Origin: Oscillospiraceae bacterium
Lineage (GTDB): Bacteria > Bacillota > Clostridia > Oscillospirales > CAG-272
Direction of reading: 5' to 3'
NCBI GenBank assembly: GCA_015064095.1
Contig: SVSW01000002.1
Coordinates: 27,002-91,001 of the forward strand
Length of the DNA: 64,000 nucleotides
The translations under genes and the position numbers were made by a program. This document shows, in pieces, positions 51,802 through 64,000 of this stretch. The notes below the pieces were generated by a model. The model saw nothing but the letters and a program-made list of their open reading frames with translations. It was not told the DNA's origin and searched no databases. Position 1 is the first letter of the stretch. Each line of letters begins with the position of its first letter.

Positions 51802-52950
51802 ATGAAGATCATATTTAAAAGACAAACGGCTATTGCCTCAGCGTCCCCTCTTATGTGCGCGACCGCATCAAGATCCGTTCTCCCGATAGGCGACGGTATG
51901 CTCATTGAGGCTAAAAATCCAGATATATGCATCTTTACGACCTACGATCTCGAAAAGGGTATGCGTACCGCAGTCGAGGCAAAGGTCATAGAGGAAGGCT
52001 CTTATATCATAAGCGCTCAGAAGTTTATCCAGACTTTAAAGGTCATGGAAGGTGATGAGGTAACACTCACCGTTGACGATAAGCTCTCCGCTTGCATCTC
52101 ATCGGGCACATCAACTCACCGTATGTCGGCACTTCCGAGCTCCGATTTTCCGAAGCTGCCCGATCTTAAAAGTCCTCTCGGCTACGAGCTCCCTGCCGAC
52201 ACTCTCAAAAAAATGCTCGCAAAAACCATGTATGCGATCGGTGTAAACGATCAGCGACCCGTTCTCAACGGCTGCTTCTTCCGCGTGACGGACGACCGTT
52301 TGCTTCTCGTTTCCTGTGACAGCTTCCGCCTCGCTCGCTGCGCAACTCATATGACGGTTGATAACCGCAACGACGACGGCGAATATCTCCATTATTCGTT
52401 TATTATGCCCGTAAGAACGGTTAATGAGCTTTATAAGCTGCTCCCCGACAGCGACGAGAATATACGCATCTATATGATGAGAAAGCATATGGTCATAATG
52501 CTCGGCGAAATTACATTCTTCTCAAGCCTTATTGAGGGTGAGTACATCGATTACGACCGAATTATAATAAAGACCCACAGAATTTCGATAGAGACAGACC
52601 GCGCCGCTTTAATTTCCGCGCTTGAGCGCGCTGCCCTCGTTACAGAGGAGCGCGTTGCCGGATCCGTACGTTCTCACGTTAAGCTTGAGATCGCCGGAAA
52701 TTCTCTTAAAATTTCCGCAAATTCTTCGACAGGCAGCACCTTTGACGAGATCTTCGTCAAGCACGAGGGTGAGGATATAATCATCGCCTTCAATAACAGA
52801 TATCTTCTCGAAAGCCTGCGCGCCTGCACCGGCGAAAAAATAAAGATATCGCTCTCAACCCCGCTTTCAAGCATCAATATCGAGCCCGTTGACGGCGAGG
52901 AGAACGAAGAAGACATCTTCATGCTCCTGCCCGTTAAAATGAAGGATTAA
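51802..52950 (+). CDS. dnaN: DNA polymerase III subunit beta
   Basis: 382 aa at the conserved position after dnaA with a sliding-clamp three-domain pattern. Confidence 0.95.
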   Translation: MKIIFKRQTAIASASPLMCATASRSVLPIGDGMLIEAKNPDICIFTTYDLEKGMRTAVEAKVIEEGSYIISAQKFIQTLKVMEGDEVTLTVDDKLSACISSGTSTHRMSALPSSDFPKLPDLKSPLGYELPADTLKKMLAKTMYAIGVNDQRPVLNGCFFRVTDDRLLLVSCDSFRLARCATHMTVDNRNDDGEYLHYSFIMPVRTVNELYKLLPDSDENIRIYMMRKHMVIMLGEITFFSSLIEGEYIDYDRIIIKTHRISIETDRAALISALERAALVTEERVAGSVRSHVKLEIAGNSLKISANSSTGSTFDEIFVKHEGEDIIIAFNNRYLLESLRACTGEKIKISLSTPLSSINIEPVDGEENEEDIFMLLPVKMKD

Positions 52951-54080
52951 TGATATGTAATAAAATAGAAGTTTCCGGTTTTCGAAATATTGACTGCGCG
53001 ACGGTCGAGTTTTCTCCGTCCGTCAATATTCTTATCGGAAACAACGCGCAGGGAAAGACTAATTTGCTCGAGGCTATCTATTTTATAACTCTCGGCAAGA
53101 GCTTTCGCTCGGCGACCGAAACGGAGATGATCGGCTTTGAGCGCGAATTTGCATCTGTTTCGCTCGATTTTTCCGACGCTGTGAGAGATCAGAATATATC
53201 CGTTTCCATCTTTCGCGACAAAAGAAAAAAATTCGAGCAGAACGGCGTTAAGATATTCAAAATGTCCGATGTTGTCGGCGAGCTGCGCGCGGTGCTTTTT
53301 TGCCCCGAGCATCTTTCGATAATCAAGGACGGTCCGTCCCTTCGGCGCGGATTTCTTGACGTGGCGATAAGCCAGCTTCGCCCCTCTTATCTTCATTCGC
53401 TTCAAAAATACAATAAGTTTTTAAAGCAGAGAAACAAGCTTTTAAAGGACGCACAGGAAGACCGCACCTCGTTTGATCAGACCGTTGAATTTTGGTCGGC
53501 GGGGCTTGCCGCCGAGGGTGCAAGGCTTGCCCGAATGAGAAAAAAATATACCGAGATCGCCGACGGATACGTTAAAAAATATTTTTCGGAGATGACGGGC
53601 GGTGCGGAGCTGCCGCAGCTCAAATACGCAGGCTCGGCAAAGCAGGATATTGAGCTTTACGAGGACGAAAAAGCGACCGAGGCGAGATTTTACGAGCTTT
53701 TGACCTCAAATCTTGAGCGCGAGATCGCAGTTGGCTCAACGCTTTGGGGAGCGCACAAGGACGATATAGATATTTCGATAAACGGCCGTGAGGCAAGGGT
53801 TTATTGCTCTCAGGGTCAGCAAAGATCGCTCGCGCTTTCAATGAAGCTCGCCGAGGGCGAGATCTGCAAGAACGACTGCGGAGAATATCCCGTTTTCCTG
53901 TTTGACGACGTTTTCTCCGAGCTTGATTCTTTGCGACGCGCGTATCTTATCAATGAAATAAAGGGAAAGCAGGTCATAATGACCGGCTGCGAAACGGGAA
54001 TTTTCGAGCAGGCTCAAAATGCGAATATAATTTCCGTTGAAAACGGTAAATATTTTCAAAATCGATCGAAAGATGAATAA
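52950..54080 (+). CDS. recF: DNA replication/repair protein RecF
   Basis: Walker A GNNAQGKTNLLEA, SMC-like signature SQGQQRSLALSMKLAE and Walker B FLFDDVFSELD. Confidence 0.95.
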   Translation: MICNKIEVSGFRNIDCATVEFSPSVNILIGNNAQGKTNLLEAIYFITLGKSFRSATETEMIGFEREFASVSLDFSDAVRDQNISVSIFRDKRKKFEQNGVKIFKMSDVVGELRAVLFCPEHLSIIKDGPSLRRGFLDVAISQLRPSYLHSLQKYNKFLKQRNKLLKDAQEDRTSFDQTVEFWSAGLAAEGARLARMRKKYTEIADGYVKKYFSEMTGGAELPQLKYAGSAKQDIELYEDEKATEARFYELLTSNLEREIAVGSTLWGAHKDDIDISINGREARVYCSQGQQRSLALSMKLAEGEICKNDCGEYPVFLFDDVFSELDSLRRAYLINEIKGKQVIMTGCETGIFEQAQNANIISVENGKYFQNRSKDE

Positions 54081-54085
54081 AAACT

Positions 54086-56330
<2,245 letters not shown>

Positions 56331-56342
56331 GTTTTCAACACC

Positions 56343-56460
56343 TGTTGATAACTCTGTGGAAAAACAGACAAGATCAAAATTAAAAATTTCGTAAATATAC
56401 AGTATTTGCACGCTTTTCCGTAATTATTCACATTTGTGGAAAATTTTTCGGTTTTCCACA
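56343..56460. promoter_or_regulatory. four DnaA-box-like 9-mers in the gyrB-gyrA spacer
   Basis: TGTTGATAA 56343-56351, TGTGGAAAA 56355-56363, TGTGGAAAA 56435-56443 and the inverted TTTTCCACA 56452-56460. Confidence 0.5.
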
Positions 56461-56508
56461 GGTGAATGATAGGCGGAAACAAATCACTAAAGCGAAAGGT
56501 GAAAAAAA

Positions 56509-59046
56509 TTGGACAACAAGAACATAGATCTGAAATTTGAAAATCAGAAAATTACCGACATCGGCATGGAAAAGGAAGTCAAAAAGTCCTTTATCGAATA
56601 CGCGATGTCCGTCATCATCTCGCGCGCTCTGCCCGATGTCCGTGACGGAATGAAGCCCGGTCAGCGCCGCGTTATATACGCTATGTACGAGGATCACCTC
56701 ACTCACGACAAGCCGTTCCGTAAGTCTGCAACGACCGTCGGTAACGTGCTCGGCCGCTATCACCCGCACGGCGACTCCTCAGTCTACGGCACGATGGTCC
56801 GTATGGCTCAGGACTTCTCCTTGCGCTATCCTCTCGTTGAGGGTCACGGAAACTTCGGCTCGGTCGACGGCGACGGCGCGGCGGCATACCGTTACACCGA
56901 GGCGCGACTTGATAAGATCGCCGACGAAATGACCCGCGACATCGAAAAGGACGTCGTTGAGTTCATGCCGAACTTCGATAACCGCTTAAAAGAGCCGACG
57001 GTTTTGCCGTCGCGCTTCCCGAACCTGCTCGTTAACGGCTCGGTCGGTATCGCCGTCGGTATGGCGACGAACATACCCCCGCACAATCTCGGTGAGGTCA
57101 TCGACGCGACCATTTTCCGTATGGACAATCCCGAATGCTCGGTTGCCGACCTTATGGAATACGTCAAGGGCCCCGATTTCCCCACTTATGCGACGATCTA
57201 CGGTCAAAACGGCATAATCGAGGCTTATACTACGGGCCGCGGCCGCGTTATGGTGCGCGCTCGCGCGACCGTTGAGGAAGATAAACACAGAATCATTTTC
57301 ACCGAGATACCCTACGGCGTCAACAAGGCAATGCTTTGCGAGAATATCGCTCACCTCGTTAAGGACAAGCGCATTGACGGTATTACCGACATTCGCGACG
57401 AGTCGGGACGCGACGGTATGCGTATCGTCGTTGAGCACCGCCGCGACGCAAACGGACAAGTCATTCTCAATCAGCTCTATAAATATACCCAGTTGCAGGA
57501 TACCTGCGCTATGAACATGATCGCGATCGTGGGCGGCGAGCCGAAGCTGCTCTCCTTGCCCGAAATACTCGATCACTACATCAAATTCCAGGAAAGCGTT
57601 ATCGAGCGCCGCGTGAAATTCGATCTCGAAAAGGCTCTGGCTCGCGCTCATATCTACGAGGGCTATAAGATCGCGCTCGACAATATCGACGAGATCGTTG
57701 CGATCATGAAGAGCTCAAAGTCTATCCCCGAATCGAAGCTGACCTTAATGGACCGCTTCGGCCTTTCGGACGCACAGGCCCAGGCTATAGTTGAGATGAC
57801 GCTCGGCAAGCTCACGGGTATGGAGCGCCAGAAGATCGAGGACGAGCTGGCAAGACTTTACGCCCTTATCGCCGACTTGCGCGATATTCTCTCAAACGAG
57901 GGCCGTATAAAGCAGATAATAAAGGACGAAATGACAGAGATCAAGAACCGCTACGGCGACAAACGCCGCACCGAGATCGTTGCCGCAGAGGACGATATCA
58001 TTCTTGAAGATCTGATCGAAAAGCACAACTGCATCATAACGCTCACGCACGCAGGCTACATCAAGCGCCTCCCTGCCGACACCTACGAGGCACAGCACCG
58101 CGGCGGCAAGGGTATTATCGGTATGACGACGAAGGAGGAGGACTTTATCGAAAAGGTCATCTCCGTTCACAGCCACGCCTACCTTATGATGTTCACGAAC
58201 ATCGGCAAGGTCTATATGCGCCGCGCATTTATGATCCCCGAGGCATCGCGCACAGCAAAGGGCACGAATATCGTCAATATTCTCGAGCTTGCGCCCGGCG
58301 AAAAGATCACTGCCGTTATAGGTCTTGGCGGCTTTTCGGAGAACGAGTATCTCACGATGGTCACAAGAAACGGCGTTATCAAGCGCACGCCCATCAAGGA
58401 ATACGAGTACCAAAGAAAGGGCGGAAAGATCGCCATTAATCTTGATGAGGACGATCAGCTCGTGTTCGTTCGCCGCACGCTCGGCGACGCGAGCATAGTT
58501 ATTGCGACCCACGACGGCAACGCGATCCGATTCGACGAATCGAACGTTCGCTCGATGGGACGCACCGCGCGCGGTGTGCGCGGTATCACTCTGCGCGACG
58601 GCGACTACGTTGTCGGCGTGACGAGCGTTGATAACGAAAGAAAGCTCATCACCGTCACCGAAAACGGCTTCGGTAAGCGCACCGAGTTTGAGGACTTCCG
58701 CGAGATGAAGAACCGCGGCGGTATGGGCGTCAAGTGCCACAATATCACCGAAAAGACGGGCGAGCTCGTCAGCATCGCCACGGTATCCGAGGACGATGAC
58801 CTCGTGCTCATCACCGATCAGGGTCAGATGATCCGCATGCGCGTGACGGATATTCCCGTTTACTCGCGCTCCGCCGGCGGCGTTATCGTAATGCGCCTTG
58901 GCGAGGGTCAGAAGATCGTGAACTTCACGAAGGTCGCGCGCGAGGAAAAGCCCGATGCCGAAAACTCTGACAATGCCGAGCCCGATATCGAGAGCGTGCA
59001 GAAAGAGGACGCAAAGATCGAAGCCCCGCAGGATATGGACAGCTAA
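56509..59046 (+). CDS. gyrA: DNA gyrase subunit A
   Basis: TTG start. It has [16 protein letters not shown], the active-site region [10 protein letters not shown] and a C-terminal beta-pinwheel with an acidic tail. Confidence 0.97.
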   Translation: MDNKNIDLKFENQKITDIGMEKEVKKSFIEYAMSVIISRALPDVRDGMKPGQRRVIYAMYEDHLTHDKPFRKSATTVGNVLGRYHPHGDSSVYGTMVRMAQDFSLRYPLVEGHGNFGSVDGDGAAAYRYTEARLDKIADEMTRDIEKDVVEFMPNFDNRLKEPTVLPSRFPNLLVNGSVGIAVGMATNIPPHNLGEVIDATIFRMDNPECSVADLMEYVKGPDFPTYATIYGQNGIIEAYTTGRGRVMVRARATVEEDKHRIIFTEIPYGVNKAMLCENIAHLVKDKRIDGITDIRDESGRDGMRIVVEHRRDANGQVILNQLYKYTQLQDTCAMNMIAIVGGEPKLLSLPEILDHYIKFQESVIERRVKFDLEKALARAHIYEGYKIALDNIDEIVAIMKSSKSIPESKLTLMDRFGLSDAQAQAIVEMTLGKLTGMERQKIEDELARLYALIADLRDILSNEGRIKQIIKDEMTEIKNRYGDKRRTEIVAAEDDIILEDLIEKHNCIITLTHAGYIKRLPADTYEAQHRGGKGIIGMTTKEEDFIEKVISVHSHAYLMMFTNIGKVYMRRAFMIPEASRTAKGTNIVNILELAPGEKITAVIGLGGFSENEYLTMVTRNGVIKRTPIKEYEYQRKGGKIAINLDEDDQLVFVRRTLGDASIVIATHDGNAIRFDESNVRSMGRTARGVRGITLRDGDYVVGVTSVDNERKLITVTENGFGKRTEFEDFREMKNRGGMGVKCHNITEKTGELVSIATVSEDDDLVLITDQGQMIRMRVTDIPVYSRSAGGVIVMRLGEGQKIVNFTKVAREEKPDAENSDNAEPDIESVQKEDAKIEAPQDMDS

Positions 59047-59101
59047 TAAATAAAGGATATGCCAAGCGGACGCTCGCGTTCGCTTGGCAAATTGATAAGA
59101 C

Positions 59102-59806
59102 ATGAAAAAAGTATTACTTTCTTTAATAATTTGCGCGATGCTGCTCGTGTTTTTTCCCTCCTGCTCCCCTCCGCCGCAGCTTTCCGAGGTTTATGACCGC
59201 TTGGTCTATCTTCTTGACGGCTCGCGCGGTGTAAACGAGATATTTTTCGGAGAGGGGCTCGTGTCGTATAACGATCAGGGCGGTATCTACGATGACGACG
59301 AGTACAATTCGACCCTCGAGGGCACGAATATCTATATGTACTATTCCGAGGTGCTGAAATCGTATAAGACAGACGACGGAAAGGAGATCTCACAGTACGG
59401 AAGCGTTGACGAGATCAAGGCAGAGGCGGAGAAATATTATTCCTCCTCTTATCTTAGAAAGGTCTACCCAAAGCTTTTCGTTGACGATTATTACGGCGAA
59501 AACGGGCTTGGATCGCGCGCAAAATACCTTGTTATCAAGGACGAGGATACGGGAGTGAGCACTTTTTGCGAGTATATTTACCACGATCCCGTCATCACTG
59601 CGGAAAATCCCGCAACCGTATACGATTATACGACGATGAAGATCGTTGAACCGTCAAGCGGCGATACTCTTATCGTTGAGATCCGAGGCTATAACGCAAA
59701 ATTCTACGACCCCGAAACGGGCAAGCTCGGCTCGGGCTGGCACACCGTCACCCTGCAATTTATACTTGAGGACGGACAGTGGTTCCTTGACGGACCGTCA
59801 TACTGA
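59102..59806 (+). CDS. hypothetical lipoprotein
   Basis: The signal peptide MKKVLLSLIICAMLLVFFPSC has a lipobox Cys. I recognised no family. Confidence 0.7.
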   Translation: MKKVLLSLIICAMLLVFFPSCSPPPQLSEVYDRLVYLLDGSRGVNEIFFGEGLVSYNDQGGIYDDDEYNSTLEGTNIYMYYSEVLKSYKTDDGKEISQYGSVDEIKAEAEKYYSSSYLRKVYPKLFVDDYYGENGLGSRAKYLVIKDEDTGVSTFCEYIYHDPVITAENPATVYDYTTMKIVEPSSGDTLIVEIRGYNAKFYDPETGKLGSGWHTVTLQFILEDGQWFLDGPSY

Positions 59807-59807
59807 T

Positions 59808-60353
59808 ATGAACGAATTTTTAACTTACGAATACGCAGTTGCGCCCGATAAAAGATCGGGCGCACAAAGAAAAAAGAAAACGGTATTTTTGCTGATCTAC
59901 ATATTTTTCACCGCGGCACTGCTTGCTTTGGTGCTCGGCGTCGGCATGCTCTTTTTGCCGCTTTTCGCGCTTGCGCCGATCGCCGTTTGGCTGCTCGTCT
60001 TTTTGACCTGGCGCTTCACCGACCCCGAATACGAGTACTCTATCACCTCGGGTGAGATGACCTTTTCGATCATTTACGGCGGAAAAACGCGCAAAAAGGT
60101 TTTTGAGCAGGCGGTCAGATCAATGGAGGCGGTCGCACCGCTGACGGATATGTACCGCGACAAGATACTTGATTATAAGCCCCAAAGGGTCTTTGAGGGT
60201 GCGTCGTCGCACGAATCCCCCGATGCGTATTTTGCGCTTTTTGAGAACGGGGACGGCGAGCGCTGCGTCTATTATTTTGAGGCGACCGCGCGAGCGCTCA
60301 AAATACTTCGGCATTATAACGTTAAGACTGTAATAAAGGAAGTCAGATATTAA
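59808..60353 (+). CDS. hypothetical membrane protein (2 TM)
   Basis: The start is at ATG 59808 (MNEFLTYEY...), 1 nt after the preceding stop. The track ORF start 59646 overlaps the lipoprotein gene. Confidence 0.6.
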   Translation: MNEFLTYEYAVAPDKRSGAQRKKKTVFLLIYIFFTAALLALVLGVGMLFLPLFALAPIAVWLLVFLTWRFTDPEYEYSITSGEMTFSIIYGGKTRKKVFEQAVRSMEAVAPLTDMYRDKILDYKPQRVFEGASSHESPDAYFALFENGDGERCVYYFEATARALKILRHYNVKTVIKEVRY

Positions 60354-60354
60354 G

Positions 60355-62214
60355 ATGATAAATAAAACCACCGTTGCGGTCATCGGCGCGGGACACGCAG
60401 GGGTCGAGGCGGCGCTCGCCGCGGCTCGGCTCGGGCTTGACACCGTACTCTTTTCGCTTTCGCTTGACGCCGTCGCAAATCTTCCCTGCAATCCGTCGAT
60501 CGGAGGAACGGGCAAGGGGCATCTCGTTTTCGAGATCGACGCGCTGGGCGGCGAGATGGGACGCGCCGCCGATCTTGCCATGCTTCAATCGAGAACGCTT
60601 AATCTCGGCAAGGGCGCGGCAGTTCATTCAAAGCGCATACAGGTCGACAGAAAAAAATATCAGGCTATAATAAAGCACACGCTGGAGAGCGAGAGGAATC
60701 TGCGCCTCGTCCAGGCTGAGATCGTTTCGGTCGAGGTCGAGGACGGGCGCATCTGCTCCGTGACCACCTCGCTCGGCGAGGTCTGGGAGTGCCGCGCCGC
60801 GATCGTTTCCACCGGAACTTATCTTGAAGGCGAGATCTTCGTCGGCGATAAGAATTATCCCGCAGGGCCTGACGGTTCTCTGCCCTCGCGAGGGCTCTCC
60901 GCCTGCCTTTCGGCACTCGGTGTGCGGATCGTGCGCTTTAAAACGGGCACGCCTGCGCGGGTAAACCGTCGTTCGATCGATTTTTCCGCGCTTGAGGAGC
61001 AAAAGGGTGAGCGCCCCGTCGTTCCCTACTCCGTTCTGACAGAAAAGGATCTTGACGAAATCGAGCAAATTCCGTGCCACATAGTTTACACGAACGAAGA
61101 TACACATAAAATAATTCGCGACAATATCGGTCGCTCAGCGATGTATTCGGGCAAGATCCACGGCACAGGCCCGCGCTATTGCCCCTCGATCGAGGACAAG
61201 ATCACGCGCTTTGCAGATAAGGGGCGCCATCAGCTTTTTATCGAGCCCATGGGCGAGGATACCGAGGAGATGTACATTCAGGGCTTTTCGACCTCGCTGC
61301 CGACCGATGTGCAAAGAAAGATGCTCCACAGCCTTCGGGGCTTCAAGGACGCCGAGATAATGCGCTACGCGTACGCGATCGAATACGATTGCTGTGACCC
61401 GACCGAGCTTTACCCGACGCTCGAATTCAAAAAGATCTCGGGCCTTTACGGCGCAGGACAGTTCAACGGCACGTCGGGCTACGAGGAAGCCGCCGCGCAG
61501 GGGCTCGTTGCAGGTGTGAACGCCGCGCGAAAGCTGCTCGGCAAGAGCGAGCTCGTTTTAAGGCGCGATAACAGCTATATCGGAACGCTCATTGACGATC
61601 TGACGACAAAGGGCACGAATGAGCCCTACCGAATGATGACCTCGCGCGCCGAGTACCGTATGCTTTTGCGTCAGGACAATGCGGATCAGCGCTTGACGCC
61701 AATCGGACACGAAATGGGGCTTATCCCCGATGAACGGTACGAAAAATTCCTCGAAAAGAAGGCAAATATCGAGCGCGAGACCGAAAGACTTGAAAAAACT
61801 CATCTTTCACCCGACGCCGTAAACCCATTTCTTTTAAAATATGAGCAAACGCCCGTTTCTTCGGGAGTTTCGCTTGCCGACCTTTTGCGTCGTCCCGGTA
61901 TTTCCTATGAAATGCTCGGAGAGCTTGATACGGCTCGCCCCGAGCTTGATCTGCGGATAAAAATGACCGTTGAGATCGGGGTGAAATACGAAGGGTATAT
62001 AAAAAAGGAGATAGCGGAGGTCGCGCGACACGCAAAGCTCGAGGAAAAGCTCTTGCCCGCCGATATCGACTATGAAAACGTACGCGGACTTCGCATTGAG
62101 GCCAGGCAAAAGCTCGCGAAGCTGCGTCCGAGGACGGTCGGGCAGGCTTCGCGCATCAGCGGCGTAAATCCCGCCGATATTTCGGTGCTTTTAATATATC
62201 TCGGACTTGCATGA
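60355..62214 (+). CDS. mnmG: tRNA uridine-5-carboxymethylaminomethyl(34) synthesis enzyme MnmG (GidA)
   Basis: FAD-binding VIGAGHAGVEAA, GPRYCPSIEDK and the C-terminal GQASRISGV. Confidence 0.96.
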   Translation: MINKTTVAVIGAGHAGVEAALAAARLGLDTVLFSLSLDAVANLPCNPSIGGTGKGHLVFEIDALGGEMGRAADLAMLQSRTLNLGKGAAVHSKRIQVDRKKYQAIIKHTLESERNLRLVQAEIVSVEVEDGRICSVTTSLGEVWECRAAIVSTGTYLEGEIFVGDKNYPAGPDGSLPSRGLSACLSALGVRIVRFKTGTPARVNRRSIDFSALEEQKGERPVVPYSVLTEKDLDEIEQIPCHIVYTNEDTHKIIRDNIGRSAMYSGKIHGTGPRYCPSIEDKITRFADKGRHQLFIEPMGEDTEEMYIQGFSTSLPTDVQRKMLHSLRGFKDAEIMRYAYAIEYDCCDPTELYPTLEFKKISGLYGAGQFNGTSGYEEAAAQGLVAGVNAARKLLGKSELVLRRDNSYIGTLIDDLTTKGTNEPYRMMTSRAEYRMLLRQDNADQRLTPIGHEMGLIPDERYEKFLEKKANIERETERLEKTHLSPDAVNPFLLKYEQTPVSSGVSLADLLRRPGISYEMLGELDTARPELDLRIKMTVEIGVKYEGYIKKEIAEVARHAKLEEKLLPADIDYENVRGLRIEARQKLAKLRPRTVGQASRISGVNPADISVLLIYLGLA

Positions 62215-62227
62215 AAGAGGAAAAATT

Positions 62228-62671
62228 ATGAAAATCAACGTCAAAATAAAGCTCACACGCGGGGCTGCTTGCCCCGAATACGCGACCGACGGCTCGGCGG
62301 CGGTCGATCTGCGCGCAATGATCGATGAGCCCTGCACTCTCGCGCCCGGCGAGCGCAGGACATTTACGACCGGTATTGCGATCTCGCCCGAGACCGAGGG
62401 CGTCGTTGCGATCGTCGCCGCGCGATCGGGGCTTGGCATCAAGCACGGGATCTCGCTTTCAAACGGCATCGGCGTCATTGATTCCGATTATCGCGGTGAG
62501 ATCTGCGTTGGGCTTATAAACACATCGAGCGTTCCCTACACCGTCGCGCCGGGCGACAGAATAGCACAGCTTATGTTCGTGCCCGTTCTCGCGGCGAGCT
62601 TTGTTGTATCCGACGAGCTCGACAATACCGCGCGCGGCTCGGGCGGCTTCGGTTCAACGGGTAAAAACTGA
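62228..62671 (+). CDS. dut: dUTP diphosphatase
   Basis: GSAAVDL, RSGLG, GVIDSDYRGE and the C-terminal RGSGGFGSTG. The start is at ATG 62228 behind AGAGGA. Confidence 0.92.
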   Translation: MKINVKIKLTRGAACPEYATDGSAAVDLRAMIDEPCTLAPGERRTFTTGIAISPETEGVVAIVAARSGLGIKHGISLSNGIGVIDSDYRGEICVGLINTSSVPYTVAPGDRIAQLMFVPVLAASFVVSDELDNTARGSGGFGSTGKN

Positions 62672-63240
62672 TGAAGATATACCTTGCCTCAGCCTCGCCG
62701 CGCCGCCGCGAGATACTCTCGGCGCTCGGAGTTCGCTTCGAGGTCGTAAGATCGGACGCCGACGAGAGCTCGGACGAAAAGGATCCGGGCAGGCTTACCG
62801 AGCTGCTCGCAAAAAGAAAAGCCGAGGGCGCATTGATCGAAAACGGCGAGGACGCGCTCGTAATAGCGTGCGACACCGTCGTTTTCGCCGAGGGCGAGAT
62901 ACTCGGAAAGCCGCAAAACGCAAAAGACGCCGAACGCATGCTCCGATTGCTTTCGGGAAAGACCCATTCGGTAGTCAGCGGTATCTGCCTCAAATACGGC
63001 GGCCGCACCGTGACCGCGCACGAAGCGACCTACGTTAAATTCTGCGAGATGAGCGATAGCGATATCGCGCTCTGTATGCGCGACGGCGAGCCGATGGATA
63101 AGGCGGGCGCGTACGCGATCCAGGGTACGGCTTCCCTTTTCATCGAGGGGATCGAGGGCGATTATTTCAACGTCGTCGGTCTTCCGACCCATCTGCTTTT
63201 TAAGACCGCAAAAAACGAGCTTTCGCTCGATCTTTTATAA
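62671..63240 (+). CDS. maf: Maf family nucleoside triphosphate pyrophosphatase
   Basis: LASASPRRREIL, DTVV and GAYAIQG motifs. Confidence 0.9.
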   Translation: MKIYLASASPRRREILSALGVRFEVVRSDADESSDEKDPGRLTELLAKRKAEGALIENGEDALVIACDTVVFAEGEILGKPQNAKDAERMLRLLSGKTHSVVSGICLKYGGRTVTAHEATYVKFCEMSDSDIALCMRDGEPMDKAGAYAIQGTASLFIEGIEGDYFNVVGLPTHLLFKTAKNELSLDLL

Positions 63241-63262
63241 ATTTTAAGAAAAAGGAGACGCC

Positions 63263-64000
63263 ATGACGGAAATTATTCCGAAAAGCGAAGCGAAAAATTA
63301 CTTTTTTCGTATAGGCGCGGCCCTTATATTGCTCCGAGCTTTGACGACGGGCATTCAAAAGGGCGTGAATTTGATAATTGCCGGCGTGTCGGCGGAGCTT
63401 TATACGGAGCTCGTAGACGGCCCTTGGTATCTTTGGGCGCTCTCCATTTTGCCCTTGTATCTTGTCGCCCTGCCGGTTTTTTTGCGCGTTTTGCCCACTC
63501 CGCCCGAAAAGACGGAAATGAAAAAATTTGCCGTCGGCAAGACCGTGGCGGGCGCGATCTCTGCCGTTCCCGTTATGTATATCGGCAATATTATAGGAAT
63601 TATCACCGTCGCGATCCTTTCCTTTGCCACGGGGAACGATATTTCGAACGGGCTGGTTTCAATGGTCGACCAATCGCCCGTGTGGCTCACCTTTCTCTGC
63701 ATGGTCATAATTGCGCCGCTCGGTGAGGAGCTGATCTTCCGAAAGCTGCTCTGCGATCGCCTGTCGCCCTTCGGCGAATGCTCCGCCGTGATATTTTCGG
63801 GGCTTGCTTTCGGGCTTTTCCACGGCAATTTCAGTCAGTTTTTCTATGCCGCGGGCGTCGGCTTGATACTTGCTTATATTTATGTCAGGACCAAAAATAT
63901 TTTTTGCTCCGTTGCGATCCATATGTTCATAAATCTTTTCGGCGGCGTTATCGCTCCGTCCGTTTTGACGGGACGCGCGATCGAGATCCTTGAAAAAATG
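63263..64000 (+). CDS. CPBP family intramembrane glutamic endopeptidase, 5' part (runs off the right edge)
   Basis: ATG 63263 lies behind AAAGGAG. The protein is multi-TM with motifs GEELIFRKLL, FGLFHGN and HMFINLFG. It is not in the ORF track because no stop lies in the window. Confidence 0.75.
   Translation, partial: MTEIIPKSEAKNYFFRIGAALILLRALTTGIQKGVNLIIAGVSAELYTELVDGPWYLWALSILPLYLVALPVFLRVLPTPPEKTEMKKFAVGKTVAGAISAVPVMYIGNIIGIITVAILSFATGNDISNGLVSMVDQSPVWLTFLCMVIIAPLGEELIFRKLLCDRLSPFGECSAVIFSGLAFGLFHGNFSQFFYAAGVGLILAYIYVRTKNIFCSVAIHMFINLFGGVIAPSVLTGRAIEILEKM

Overview
This is a 64-kb chromosomal window from a high-GC, Clostridia-type Firmicute. That assignment is inferred from gene content: a SCIFF peptide/maturase pair, remB between recF and gyrB, and TTGACA-17-TATAAT promoters. 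The window spans the replication-origin gene cluster dnaA-dnaN-recF-remB-gyrB-gyrA (50.0-59.0 kb), followed by two small envelope proteins, mnmG, dut, maf and a CPBP protease. Left of dnaA lie tRNA-Ser, uraA-upp, a TetR gene, and a divergent 8-kb aromatic amino-acid super-operon on the minus strand (pheA-aroB-aroC-aroE/aroK-aroQ-aroA-tyrA-DAHP synthase, 46.5 to 38.6 kb). In that operon tyrA carries an in-frame TGA. The first 35 kb is mostly housekeeping: proA, tRNA-Gly, hisS, thiI, aspS, tmk, birA, rsmI, holA, comM-like, an ABC transporter and an MBOAT. Accessory material is interspersed with the housekeeping genes. (1) A 1.1-kb gene-free region (9.15-10.25 kb) holds an orphan promoter-to-terminator sRNA candidate, an array of DnaA-box-like 9-mers and several hairpins. 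(2) A DUF1273/SLOG gene sits behind a roughly 190-nt structured, terminator-containing leader. (3) An 875-aa envelope protein ends in a ribosomal-protein-uL15-like domain. (4) The SCIFF ranthipeptide precursor (50 aa, absent from the ORF track) sits next to its radical-SAM maturase. (5) A small AT-rich XRE + DUF2493/SLOG islet is present. (6) A clearly AT-rich type II restriction-modification island (Dam-family methylase + AlwI/BstNBI-family endonuclease, 35.6-38.5 kb) abuts a diverged, truncated second copy of the 3' end of an aldo/keto-reductase gene located 12 kb upstream. I found no rRNA, CRISPR array, transposase or integrase. All composition statements are by-eye estimates. All homology calls come from recognising motifs in the translations, not from database searches.
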